Shown piece after piece: positions 24,805-32,991 of a DNA stretch of 44,768 nt. This DNA comes from an archaeon (lineage in GTDB: Archaea > Iainarchaeota > Iainarchaeia > Iainarchaeales > GW2011-AR10). The notes beneath the pieces were generated by a model. The model did not search any database. It was not told the origin of the DNA and was given only the letters and a program-made list of their open reading frames with translations. The position numbers and the translations under genes were made by a program. Position 1 is the stretch's first letter. Each line of letters starts with the position of its first letter. Location: positions 1 through 44,768 of the forward strand of contig JAUSEO010000026.1 in the NCBI GenBank assembly GCA_030651515.1, given 5' to 3'.

Positions 24805-25290
24805 ATGAAGTTTGTCATCTCGGACTCAAAAAACGGGAAAAGTTATTCAAAAACCGTTGAGGACGCAAAATCCCTTTACGGGAAAAAAGTCGGGGACATG
24901 GTTGAATTGTCCGGGTTTGGGCTTTCCGGCCTTGAAGCAAAAATAACCGGCGGAAGCGACAGGCAGGGCTTTCCAATGAAGGCAGACCTTGTCGGGACAA
25001 TGAGGAAAAAAATCTTTATCACCACCAACAGGAAAAAAGGGACAAAAATGCGCGTTTCACGCAGGGGAAACACTATCAGCGTTGAAACTGCACAGTTAAA
25101 CCTTATTGTCACAAAAACCGGCAGCGCAAACCTTGCAGAGCTTTTGCCGCAGGAAAAGAAAGAGGAAAAGAGTGGCGGAAGCATCAAGGAAGAAATGATC
25201 AAGCAGTCACTAGAAGTTGCAGGAACTACAAAGGCAGCAGAAGCAATGTCAAAAGAAGAATTCAAGAAAGGGGACAAGAAAAGGGGCTAA
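24805..25290 (+). CDS. rps6e: 30S ribosomal protein S6e
   Basis: MKFVISDSKNGKSY...KITGGSDRQGFPMK...RVSRRGNTIS. Confidence 0.9.
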   Translation: MKFVISDSKNGKSYSKTVEDAKSLYGKKVGDMVELSGFGLSGLEAKITGGSDRQGFPMKADLVGTMRKKIFITTNRKKGTKMRVSRRGNTISVETAQLNLIVTKTGSANLAELLPQEKKEEKSGGSIKEEMIKQSLEVAGTTKAAEAMSKEEFKKGDKKRG

Positions 25291-25298
25291 AGGTACAA

Positions 25299-26495
25299 AT
25301 GGCTAAAGAGCAACCGGCACAGGCAGAAGTCAACATCGGCATGGTTGGCCACGTTGACCATGGGAAAACTACGCTTGTCAAAGCATTGACAGGCAAGTGG
25401 ACTGACACCCACAGCGAGGAAATGAAAAAAGGAATCTCCATCCGCCTGGGTTACGCAAACGCCGTGTTCTACAAGTGCGAAAAATGCGGTAAATATTCCG
25501 CCGTGCCAAAGTGCAGTGAATGCGGCTCCACTGGAAAAGTCTCGCGCAAAGTGAGTTTTGTTGACGCACCAGGGCACGAGACACTCATGGCAACAATGCT
25601 TAGCGGCGCCACGCTCATGAACGGGGCAGTGCTTGTGATTGCCGCAAACGAGCCGTGCCCGCAGCCAAGAACCGAAGAACACTTAATGGCGCTCAAAATG
25701 AGCGGGATAAAAGAAGTTGTTGTTGTCCAGAACAAGGTTGACCTTGTTGACAAGCAAAAAGCAGTTGAAAACCACAAGCAGATAAAAAACCTCCTCAAAG
25801 AATATGGTTACGAGAACCCGCCAATTATTCCAACTGCAGCAAGCTTTGGAATAAACATTGACACGCTCGTTGAGGCGATTGAGACCACGATTAAGTCCCC
25901 CAAGTTTGATTCTGGGAAAAAACCCAAGATGTTTGTTGCCCGGAGTTTTGACATCAACAAGCCTGGGGCAAAGCCAAGGGAACTTCACGGAGGCGTGCTT
26001 GGAGGAAGCCTCATACAAGGAGAATTAAAAAAGGGGGACGAGATTGTGATTACCCCGGGTTTGAACGGGAAAAAACTTTTAACAAAAATCGTTGAACTGC
26101 GCGTTGAAGAAGGGCATATTGAAAAAGCGCGGCCAGGTGGGCTGATTTCAATTGAGACAAACCTTGACCCAAGCCTTGCAAAATCAGATGAAATGAAGGG
26201 CCAAATGGTTTCATTTGAAGGGGTGCTACCAGAACCCGTGACCACAATCAAGCTCTCGGTTGAACAGATAAAGAGGCTCATTACGCGCACGGTTCCGGAA
26301 ATAAAAGTCAACGACTTTGTAGTTTTGACTGTCGGAACAATGACAGTGATTGGCACAGTTATAAAACAAACAAAGAAAAACGAGTTTGAATTTGCACTGC
26401 GCTCACCTGTAGTGATTGAGAAAAGCCAGCGCGTTGCGATAAGCAAAAGGGATGGAAACAGTTGGAGGTTGGCGGCTTATGGAACATTTAACTAG
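25299..26495 (+). CDS. eif2g: Translation initiation factor aIF2 gamma subunit
   Basis: NIGMVGHVDHGKTTLVKALTG...C-x2-C zinc ribbon...FVDAPGHETLM...QNKVDL. Confidence 0.9.
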   Translation: MAKEQPAQAEVNIGMVGHVDHGKTTLVKALTGKWTDTHSEEMKKGISIRLGYANAVFYKCEKCGKYSAVPKCSECGSTGKVSRKVSFVDAPGHETLMATMLSGATLMNGAVLVIAANEPCPQPRTEEHLMALKMSGIKEVVVVQNKVDLVDKQKAVENHKQIKNLLKEYGYENPPIIPTAASFGINIDTLVEAIETTIKSPKFDSGKKPKMFVARSFDINKPGAKPRELHGGVLGGSLIQGELKKGDEIVITPGLNGKKLLTKIVELRVEEGHIEKARPGGLISIETNLDPSLAKSDEMKGQMVSFEGVLPEPVTTIKLSVEQIKRLITRTVPEIKVNDFVVLTVGTMTVIGTVIKQTKKNEFEFALRSPVVIEKSQRVAISKRDGNSWRLAAYGTFN

Positions 26496-26859
26496 GATTG
26501 CACTGGACACAAACGTTTTATTGTCAATAGAGAAATTCAAGGTTGACGTTTTTTCACAGCTTCGCGGGCAGTTCGGGAAAGTGGAATTCCTTGTCCCAAA
26601 AAGCGTTGTGGAAGAGCTTGAAAAACTGGGTTCCAAAAGCATGTCTTTAAAGAAAAGCTCAAATGTGGCACTGGAATTGTTAAAGAAAAACAAGGCAAAA
26701 ACAGTGGAAAAAACGGGGAAAAACGCTGACGAGGATTTATTAGCTCTTTCCTCAAATGCATGGATTGCAACAAGTGACAAAAAGCTTTTAAAAAAGGTCC
26801 TGCAAAGACAGGGAAGGGTTTTAATCTTAAGGCAGAAAAAATTTATGCAGGCCAACTAA
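26479..26859 (+). CDS. PIN-domain protein (Fcf1/Utp24-like, conserved neighbour of aIF2gamma)
   Basis: IALDTNVLLSIEKFKVDVFSQL...FLVPKSVVEELEKL...ADEDLLAL..IATSDKKLLKK. Confidence 0.7.
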   Translation: MEHLTRIALDTNVLLSIEKFKVDVFSQLRGQFGKVEFLVPKSVVEELEKLGSKSMSLKKSSNVALELLKKNKAKTVEKTGKNADEDLLALSSNAWIATSDKKLLKKVLQRQGRVLILRQKKFMQAN

Positions 26860-26861
26860 AA

Positions 26862-26883
26862 AAACCCTTGCGCGGGTTTTAAA
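26862..26883 (+). terminator. Hairpin AAACCC-TTGCGC-GGGTTT plus T-run after the PIN gene (also hairpin 2 of element copy C)
   Basis: A 6-bp stem followed by TTTT on the + strand, and by T7 on the - strand. Confidence 0.45.
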
Positions 26884-26971
26884 ACTTTGGCAATTGAAGC
26901 AAATATTCGATATTTCTTTTGCCAAAGTTTTACGGCGCATATTTGCCTGGTCTTTGACCAGGCAGTAATAT
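26862..26971 (-). repeat. Structured element, copy C (long form); also the likely promoter of the rpo7 operon
   Basis: The - strand reads ATATTACTGCC-TGGTCAAAGACCA-GGCAAATATGCGCCGT-[perfect 13-bp inverted repeat AAAACTTTGGCAA, 25-nt spacer]-AAACCCGCGCAAGGGTTT. On the + strand, GCGCATATTTGCC lies about 36 nt upstream of the ATG at 26977. Confidence 0.85.
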
Positions 26972-26976
26972 TGGAT

Positions 26977-27645
26977 ATGATTTTGGAGTACGAAAAAAAA
27001 GGGGTGGAAAATTTGTTTTCAATTCACACATTCAACGACACTGTAAGGGTTGCGCCAAACCAGTTGTCAAGCGACATGAAAAAAATCGTTAAAAAAAACC
27101 TCCAAAAAGAATACGAGGGGGTTTTGGACGAAGAAATAGGGGTAGTGGTTGCGGTTACAGGCGTTGAAAAAGTCGGCGAAGGGAAAATTGTCCCAGGAGA
27201 CCCCGGGGTTTATTACTCAGTGGATTTCAATGCCCTTACTTACAAGCCGGAAATACAGGAAGTCGTTGAAGGCATGGTTTCACAGATAACCGAGTTTGGC
27301 GCCTTTGTGAAAATCGGCCCGATGGAAGCACTCACGCATGTGAGCCAGGTAATGGATGATTACATTAACTTTGATGGAAAAAACCAGACATTGTCCGGAA
27401 AAGAATCAGGGAAAAAACTGAAAACAGAGGACACTGTTCTTGCAAGGATTGTGACTGTAAGCCTGCGGGGAACGGTTTCAGGATCCAAAATCGGCCTGAC
27501 AATGAGGCAGTTTGGGCTTGGGAAAAAAGAATGGAAAAAGCTTGACGAAAAAATGAAGGACAAAAAAATCAAGAGCCCGCCAAAACAGGAAAAAATTCCA
27601 GGGCCAAGAGCGCCAAAGGAAAGCAGGGGGGGTAACAGGAAATGA
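26977..27645 (+). CDS. rpoE: DNA-directed RNA polymerase subunit E' (Rpo7)
   Basis: FSIHTFNDTVRVAPNQL...VEGMVSQITEFGAFVKIGPMEALTHVSQV (S1 domain). Start is uncertain, either ATG 26977 or a downstream TTG. Confidence 0.8.
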   Translation: MILEYEKKGVENLFSIHTFNDTVRVAPNQLSSDMKKIVKKNLQKEYEGVLDEEIGVVVAVTGVEKVGEGKIVPGDPGVYYSVDFNALTYKPEIQEVVEGMVSQITEFGAFVKIGPMEALTHVSQVMDDYINFDGKNQTLSGKESGKKLKTEDTVLARIVTVSLRGTVSGSKIGLTMRQFGLGKKEWKKLDEKMKDKKIKSPPKQEKIPGPRAPKESRGGNRK

Positions 27646-27836
27646 AACAGGGAAAAGCCTGCAGGCAATGCAGGAAAGTGATAGAAGAGGGCGACAAGTG
27701 CCCTGTATGCGGTGGCACGGCTTTCACTACTTTTTGGAGAGGTTACGTTGTCATAATTGACCCGGAAAAATCAGAAATATCAAAAAAAATGGGGATAAGT
27801 ACAATCGGAAAACATGCATTGAGGCTAAGCAGGTGA
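27642..27836 (+). CDS. spt4: Transcription elongation factor Spt4 (RpoE'')
   Basis: KACRQCRKVIEEGDKCPVCGG...WRGYVVIIDPEKSEISKKMGI. Confidence 0.85.
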   Translation: MKQGKACRQCRKVIEEGDKCPVCGGTAFTTFWRGYVVIIDPEKSEISKKMGISTIGKHALRLSR

Positions 27837-27843
27837 TTCACTC

Positions 27844-28167
27844 ATGGACTTAAAAATCGTTTCAAGACACAAAAACCCGTTCCTTGAAAGGGAGGAAATA
27901 ATTTTTGAGGGGCAAAGTGACAAGCAGACTCCCTCAAGAAAAGACATAAAGGAGAGGCTCATTGCACTTACGAATTCCTCTCAGGATACAATGCTTGTGA
28001 AAAAAATTGAAAACGAGTTTGGCTCGCACGAGTTCTCCGGAACAGCGTTTGTCTACCAGACCGCGGACAAAATGAAAAAAACCCACAGGGCATACGTGCT
28101 AAAAAAAGAGGGGCTGTTGAAGGAAGAGCCAAAAAAAGAAGCTGCAAAACAAGAGGGAAAAAAGTGA
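27844..28167 (+). CDS. rps24e: 30S ribosomal protein S24e
   Basis: KNPFLEREEIIFEGQSDKQTPSRKDIKERL...FGSHEFSGTAFVY. Confidence 0.85.
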   Translation: MDLKIVSRHKNPFLEREEIIFEGQSDKQTPSRKDIKERLIALTNSSQDTMLVKKIENEFGSHEFSGTAFVYQTADKMKKTHRAYVLKKEGLLKEEPKKEAAKQEGKK

Positions 28168-28173
28168 CTGAAA

Positions 28174-28359
28174 ATGGCTGACAAAAAAAAACCAGGCAAG
28201 CAAAAAAAAGCAGAATTCTACACCATAAGTGGTGACACAGTCAAAAGGGCAAAAAAAACCTGCCCCAAATGCGGTGCAGCAGTTTTCATGGCAGAGCACA
28301 AGGACCGCTTTGGGTGCGGAAAGTGCGCTTACACTGAATGGAAAACAGGGGGAAAATAA
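28174..28359 (+). CDS. rps27ae: 30S ribosomal protein S27ae
   Basis: CPKCGAAVFMAEHKDRFGCGKCAYTEW zinc ribbon. Confidence 0.85.
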   Translation: MADKKKPGKQKKAEFYTISGDTVKRAKKTCPKCGAAVFMAEHKDRFGCGKCAYTEWKTGGK

Positions 28360-28882
28360 AATTGCCCCCATCCAACAGCTGCTGATTGATTTCACGTTTA
28401 TTCTTTTTCCATTCTTAGTTTTTAAAGCGGAAAAAAAAGAGCCCTTCAGGGAACTTGGGTTGTACTCACGCGGCTTTAAAGAAGACGCGTTCAACACACT
28501 AAAGCTTTTTGCCGCACTTGTAGCAATCACAGTTGCAATTTCAATTGCTGCTTCTTTCCTGAACGCAAATGACCTGGACAAGGTTTACGATACTGTTAAC
28601 AGGATTAAAAATACTGACCTGCCGTTCCTTGGCTACCTGCTTGTCGCGGGGGTAGTGGCAGAAGAAATTTTTTTCAGGGGGTTTCTTGCAAAAAAAACGG
28701 GGGCAGTTGTTTCAAGCATTGTTTTTGGGGCACTTCACGCGTCCTATGGCTCGGCAGTGGAAATAATCGGGGCAATCGTACTTGGGTATGTTTTGGCGAA
28801 AGCATTTGAAAAAAACAAAAACATTTTCCCAAACATTGCTGCACACTTCTTGTACAATTTGACAGTGGTGCTTATGGTATGA
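28229..28882 (+). CDS. CPBP-family intramembrane metalloprotease (CAAX protease-like)
   Basis: AEEIFFRGFL, FGALHA and AAHFLYN motifs with multiple TMs. The start is unresolved. The only ATG/GTG/TTG in-frame starts lie inside rps27ae. Confidence 0.6.
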   Translation: MVTQSKGQKKPAPNAVQQFSWQSTRTALGAESALTLNGKQGENKIAPIQQLLIDFTFILFPFLVFKAEKKEPFRELGLYSRGFKEDAFNTLKLFAALVAITVAISIAASFLNANDLDKVYDTVNRIKNTDLPFLGYLLVAGVVAEEIFFRGFLAKKTGAVVSSIVFGALHASYGSAVEIIGAIVLGYVLAKAFEKNKNIFPNIAAHFLYNLTVVLMV

Positions 28883-29496
28883 AGACAATTGTTGTCTCAG
28901 CAAAAGATTTTTCAAAAGCCATTACAAGTACAGTTTCATGCCTCAAAAACGGCGGGATTGCAGTTATTCCAACCGAGACAAGCTATGGCCTGGCGGCGCT
29001 TGCATCAGACAAAAAAGCTGTCAGAAAAATCCACCGTGCAAAAAAACAGCCTTCAACAAAAGCTGTTTCAATCATTGTGCCAAGCCTTAAAGTGGCGGAA
29101 AAATACGGCGTGCTTGGAAAAGACGCGAAAAGGCTTGTGGAAAAGTTCATGCCCGGGCCGTTGACCCTGGTCGTGCCTGCAAAAAAAACTGCAGCCCACC
29201 TGGGTGGAAAAAGCATTGCGTTTCGCATTTCCTCAAACAAGTTTGCCCATGCACTGTGCACAAAACTCGGAGACGCAATCACTGCCACGTCTGCAAACAT
29301 CCATGGGGAGCCGGACATTTACTCTGCAAAAAAAGCGCGGCAGGTTTTTGGTGAAAAGGCAGCTGTCATTGTTGACGCCGGGAAACTGCCAAAGCGCAGG
29401 CCAAGCACGGTTTATGACACCACCACAAGCAGGGTACTACGAATTGGAAAGATTTCCGAAAAGCAAATAAAAAATGCTCTGCAAAAGATAAAGTAA
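28879..29496 (+). CDS. sua5: L-threonylcarbamoyladenylate synthase (Sua5/TsaC, YrdC domain only)
   Basis: GGIAVIPTETSYGLAALASD...KKQPSTKAVSIIV...PGPLTLVV...SANIHGEP. Confidence 0.85.
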   Translation: MKTIVVSAKDFSKAITSTVSCLKNGGIAVIPTETSYGLAALASDKKAVRKIHRAKKQPSTKAVSIIVPSLKVAEKYGVLGKDAKRLVEKFMPGPLTLVVPAKKTAAHLGGKSIAFRISSNKFAHALCTKLGDAITATSANIHGEPDIYSAKKARQVFGEKAAVIVDAGKLPKRRPSTVYDTTTSRVLRIGKISEKQIKNALQKIK

Positions 29497-29526
29497 AATC
29501 AACCCAATAGTTGAATACAATTCAAC

Positions 29527-30536
29527 TGTAATGTCAACCTTTTAACGTAACATTCTTCTTTTTTGAAGTCTTTTTGTTGTGCAAGGAGGGTGTAGTGGGT
29601 TTATCCGATTTTTTTGAGTGGGGGAAGAAGTCCCCCACTACTTTAGATTTTATATGAGACTATTGTCAGAAGAACGTCGTTTTTTGATAAAAGCTTTACG
29701 GAAAAAAGTTCCAGTGAACATGATAGCTAAAGTTTTTGGAGTGAACCGTAAAACCGTCTGGTATTGGGGTAAACAAGATGCGAGGACTGGTTTAATTGAT
29801 AAACCGAGGAATAAAGCCAGAAAAATCACTCTTCAGGTTGAATTGACTATTTTGTTTTTGAGAGTCATGTTCAAGTGGGGAACTGCAAGAATTCAACAGG
29901 GTCTTTTTGATTTACCGGATTTCATGAAAAAGGAAATGGAAAATCCGGTACAACGTGTAAAATTGTCCAGACAGTCAATTAATGAGGTTTTACGAAAACA
30001 TCACTTAAATGGTTTTACCAGAGAACAAAAGGCTTGGAAATTTTTCAGGGCTTCCCAACCTAATGAATTATGGCAGTTAGACCTAAAAGGGCCGTTTACA
30101 GTTCAAGGACAAAAATGGTACTTCCTAATTTGTATAGACGATTACAGCCGTTACATTGTTACCGCTGACCAGTTTGACCACTGTCCCAACATTCAGGAAA
30201 TACTGGGTTCCATTCAACCATCCATTAACCAGTTTCACCCAAAAAATATTCTGACGGACAATAACCCATTCAAACAGGACTGGGCAGAAAAATTAAAACA
30301 ACAAGGAATAAACGCTTTATTCGCACACCCTTATTATCCTCAAGACAAGGGAAAAGTCGAACGTTGCATCCGAAACCTTGCAGAAGAATTCGTCAACCTC
30401 TTACTCAAATTTCCTCATTGGTTAAACGGAAAACTCAAACAATGGGTAGAATGGTACAATAACCACCGTTACCACCGAGGAATTAAAGGATATCCTGTAA
30501 CCCTGTTTTATGGGGAGTTAAAGACTTGACTTTACA
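29527..30536 (+). mobile_element. Insertion sequence (rve/DDE, IS481-like), 1010 bp
   Basis: IRL is TGTAATGTCAACCTTTTAAC (29527-29546). The reverse complement of IRR is TGTAAAGTCAAGTCTTTAAC (30517-30536). They match at 16 of 20 positions with TG..CA termini. A 5-bp direct repeat TCAAC flanks the element (29522-29526 and 30537-30541). Single transposase ORF. Confidence 0.8.
29654..30529 (+). CDS. DDE transposase/integrase (rve domain) with N-terminal HTH
   Basis: HTH is NMIAKVFGVNRKTVWYW. Catalytic residues are WQLDLKG (D), ILTDNNPF (D) and PQDKGKVERC (E). The stop lies inside IRR. Confidence 0.85.
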   Translation: MRLLSEERRFLIKALRKKVPVNMIAKVFGVNRKTVWYWGKQDARTGLIDKPRNKARKITLQVELTILFLRVMFKWGTARIQQGLFDLPDFMKKEMENPVQRVKLSRQSINEVLRKHHLNGFTREQKAWKFFRASQPNELWQLDLKGPFTVQGQKWYFLICIDDYSRYIVTADQFDHCPNIQEILGSIQPSINQFHPKNILTDNNPFKQDWAEKLKQQGINALFAHPYYPQDKGKVERCIRNLAEEFVNLLLKFPHWLNGKLKQWVEWYNNHRYHRGIKGYPVTLFYGELKT

Positions 30537-30587
30537 TCAACCAAACGTATTTAAACCACAAAGGAAGAAAATACTAAATGGCCTTAG

Positions 30588-31211
30588 ATGAAAAAATTGC
30601 TTGCAAAAGTTGCGCTTGTTTTAGGGGTTCTATTTATTTCTGGCACAGCCTTTGGCGCTAAAGCTTGTACTGAACATGAAGAAGGGACTCACGACTGGGT
30701 GCCGGATTGGGATGGAAATGTGAGTTTTATATATCGTGAGGATTCAACTATTACTCATCAAACTTTTTCTTGGGTTCAAAACAATTTGGATAATTTTATG
30801 AGCAAAAATGCATATTACCAATATGAACTCAAGCGACCAGATAAAGAAGAGTACTGGGACTATTGGAAACTGATAATCCCGTTTGTTTGTATACGCAAGG
30901 GCTATTTTACTAATCTCCCAAACCCGATTGAAGACCAATGGTCGGAAGAAACGGACCTGTGGTTTATTTTAGGATGCGGAAGACCTTCATGGGGGTTTGA
31001 CGAAGAATTTGAAATTAAAAGCCTAGACCCAAATGCACTGACAGCTGACGTTACATATTTTGTAGATGCAAACTTTTGGCGCGATACTGAAGACAGGGGA
31101 AAACCAATGACTTTGCAGTCTGAATCCGAATTTTGTGGCATTAATTATTTTTGTAATCGTGGCCAGGTATTCCACTGGTGTGAAATGACAGAGCAGAGGA
31201 TAACTGGGTGA
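30588..31211 (+). CDS. Secreted Cys-rich protein, paralog of P1 (P1')
   Basis: Signal MKKLLAKVALVLGVLFISGTAFGA. Shares C-x-HEEGTH-WVP, YWDYWK, YFTNLPNPIED-WSEE, EEFEIKSLD, FWRD-EDRGK, SESE-CGI and FHWC-MT with 10625-11293. Confidence 0.7.
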   Translation: MKKLLAKVALVLGVLFISGTAFGAKACTEHEEGTHDWVPDWDGNVSFIYREDSTITHQTFSWVQNNLDNFMSKNAYYQYELKRPDKEEYWDYWKLIIPFVCIRKGYFTNLPNPIEDQWSEETDLWFILGCGRPSWGFDEEFEIKSLDPNALTADVTYFVDANFWRDTEDRGKPMTLQSESEFCGINYFCNRGQVFHWCEMTEQRITG

Positions 31212-31218
31212 AACAAAA

Positions 31219-31974
31219 ATGGATCGAAAAATATTGTTGGTCGGAGTCATTTTAAGTATTTTAGTTTCAGTTGGATTTGCTGTTAGCATAGCAACAAAAG
31301 GTGATTTGAGTTTGTTAGGACTAAAAGTACCTGACAAGGAAGAACTCCAGGTAGTCAATGCATTCAAAGAAAATGGCGAAACCATTGAAATAGTTCAGAC
31401 TCCAACTGACCAAATAGCAATTGCAAGCAGGGCAATGCCTTCCACTGAAAGTGAATTACTTGCATTTAAGCAAAAGTCAGTGGAGCGGTTAAATTTGCTT
31501 TCAACTGGAGTCACTTACCAGGCTATAGTTACCTTTTCAAAAGAATTAAACGAAGAAGAACTCAAAGAACTTTCTAAAATAGTATCTATTTATAGGGTAA
31601 AATTTGTTTCTTTCCCCGAAGGCACTGGTGCCGTAGAGTTTCCAGTACCAGAAACATATTTTGAAGAGCTTGAACAAAGAATCAATTCCATGTTTTCTGA
31701 CAAAGGGGATATTTGTTCCAAGGAAGTTTTAGCCACAAAAGGGGAAGCAGCAAAAAAGCAATGTGATTCTTATAAGAATTATAAAGCTCTCAAAGGCTTT
31801 ATTGCAGCCGACACAATAGTTGGTTCCAAAGAACAGTTAATGAATCTTGCAAGAACCGAAAATGTTTTAGTAGTTGACGTTGGGCCTGTCGAACTATTAC
31901 AACAATATCCCGGCGCATTTATTATGCCAACAAAAGACATTTGGTATGAGTACTCAAAAATAACCAATTCATAA
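31219..31974 (+). CDS. N-terminally anchored protein, paralog of P2 (P2')
   Basis: Shares AFKQKS-ERLN, VTFSKELNEEE, PEGTG, LKGF-AAD, NVL-VDVGP-ELL and WYEYSKI with 11303-12073. Confidence 0.7.
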   Translation: MDRKILLVGVILSILVSVGFAVSIATKGDLSLLGLKVPDKEELQVVNAFKENGETIEIVQTPTDQIAIASRAMPSTESELLAFKQKSVERLNLLSTGVTYQAIVTFSKELNEEELKELSKIVSIYRVKFVSFPEGTGAVEFPVPETYFEELEQRINSMFSDKGDICSKEVLATKGEAAKKQCDSYKNYKALKGFIAADTIVGSKEQLMNLARTENVLVVDVGPVELLQQYPGAFIMPTKDIWYEYSKITNS

Positions 31975-32001
31975 AAGCCTTAAGGCACCCTAAAATCTCT
32001 A

Positions 32002-32991
32002 ATGAAGAAAAAAATCGTCTGCTTAGGCTTGGAGTCAACAGCCCATACCTTTGGGGCGGGAATAGTCGACGAAAAGTGCAATGTCTTAGCCAACGAGAAA
32101 AGCGCGTTTAGGACAGAGAAGGGCGGGATAAAGCCAAGCGAGGCTTTTGACCACCACTGCAAAAACGCGATTGGCGTAATCCGGGGGGCTTTTGAGAAAA
32201 GCGGGCTTTCAATGAAAGACATTGAGGTTGTAGCCTTCTCCCAGGGGCCGGGGCTTGGCCCGTGTTTGCGGACTTCTGCAGTGATAGCGCGCACGCTTGC
32301 ACTTGCCCACAACAAGCCTCTTGTAGGGGTAAACCATGCCCTGGCGCACATTGAAATGGCCAAGAAAAAATGCTCCGCAAAAGACCCTGTCGTGGTCTAC
32401 ACAAGCGGCGGAAACACGCAGATACTCGTGCTTGAGGAAAAGCGGTACCGCGTGCTTGGCGAGACCCTTGACATAGGCGTTGGGAACCTGCTTGACAGTT
32501 TTGGGAGAAGCCTTGGCCTTGGTTTTCCCGCAGGGCCAAAGATTGACGAAATGTATTTTGAGTCAGACAATTACGTTGAACTCCCTTACTCGGTGAAGGG
32601 AATGGACCTGCAGTTCACTGGGCTTTTGACTTCAGCAGAAAAAAAAATCGGGACTGTGCCGGAAAAAGATTTGTCTTACTCACTCATGCACACGGCATTC
32701 TGCATGATTGCAGAAGTCACTGAGCGCGCTCTTGCATTCACTGGCAAAAAAGAAGTTCTTCTCACTGGTGGAGTGGCCTGTTCAAAAGCACTGCAGAAAG
32801 TGCTTGGCGAAATGTGTGAAGCACGCAAAGCAAAGCTGCTTGTCTGCCCGCCTGCATACGCGGTTGACAACGGCGCAATGATTGCCTGGACCGGGTTGAT
32901 TGCCTTCCGCGCGGGAAAGACGACAAAAATTTCTGAATCAAAAACTATTCAGCGTTTTCGGCCGGACAGCGTGGAAATTGCGTGGGGTTAA
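32002..32991 (+). CDS. kae1: tRNA N6-adenosine threonylcarbamoyltransferase Kae1
   Basis: CLGLESTAHTFGAGIV...FSQGPGLGPCLRTSAVIARTLA...VGVNHALAHIE...TGGVACSKAL. Confidence 0.9.
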   Translation: MKKKIVCLGLESTAHTFGAGIVDEKCNVLANEKSAFRTEKGGIKPSEAFDHHCKNAIGVIRGAFEKSGLSMKDIEVVAFSQGPGLGPCLRTSAVIARTLALAHNKPLVGVNHALAHIEMAKKKCSAKDPVVVYTSGGNTQILVLEEKRYRVLGETLDIGVGNLLDSFGRSLGLGFPAGPKIDEMYFESDNYVELPYSVKGMDLQFTGLLTSAEKKIGTVPEKDLSYSLMHTAFCMIAEVTERALAFTGKKEVLLTGGVACSKALQKVLGEMCEARKAKLLVCPPAYAVDNGAMIAWTGLIAFRAGKTTKISESKTIQRFRPDSVEIAWG

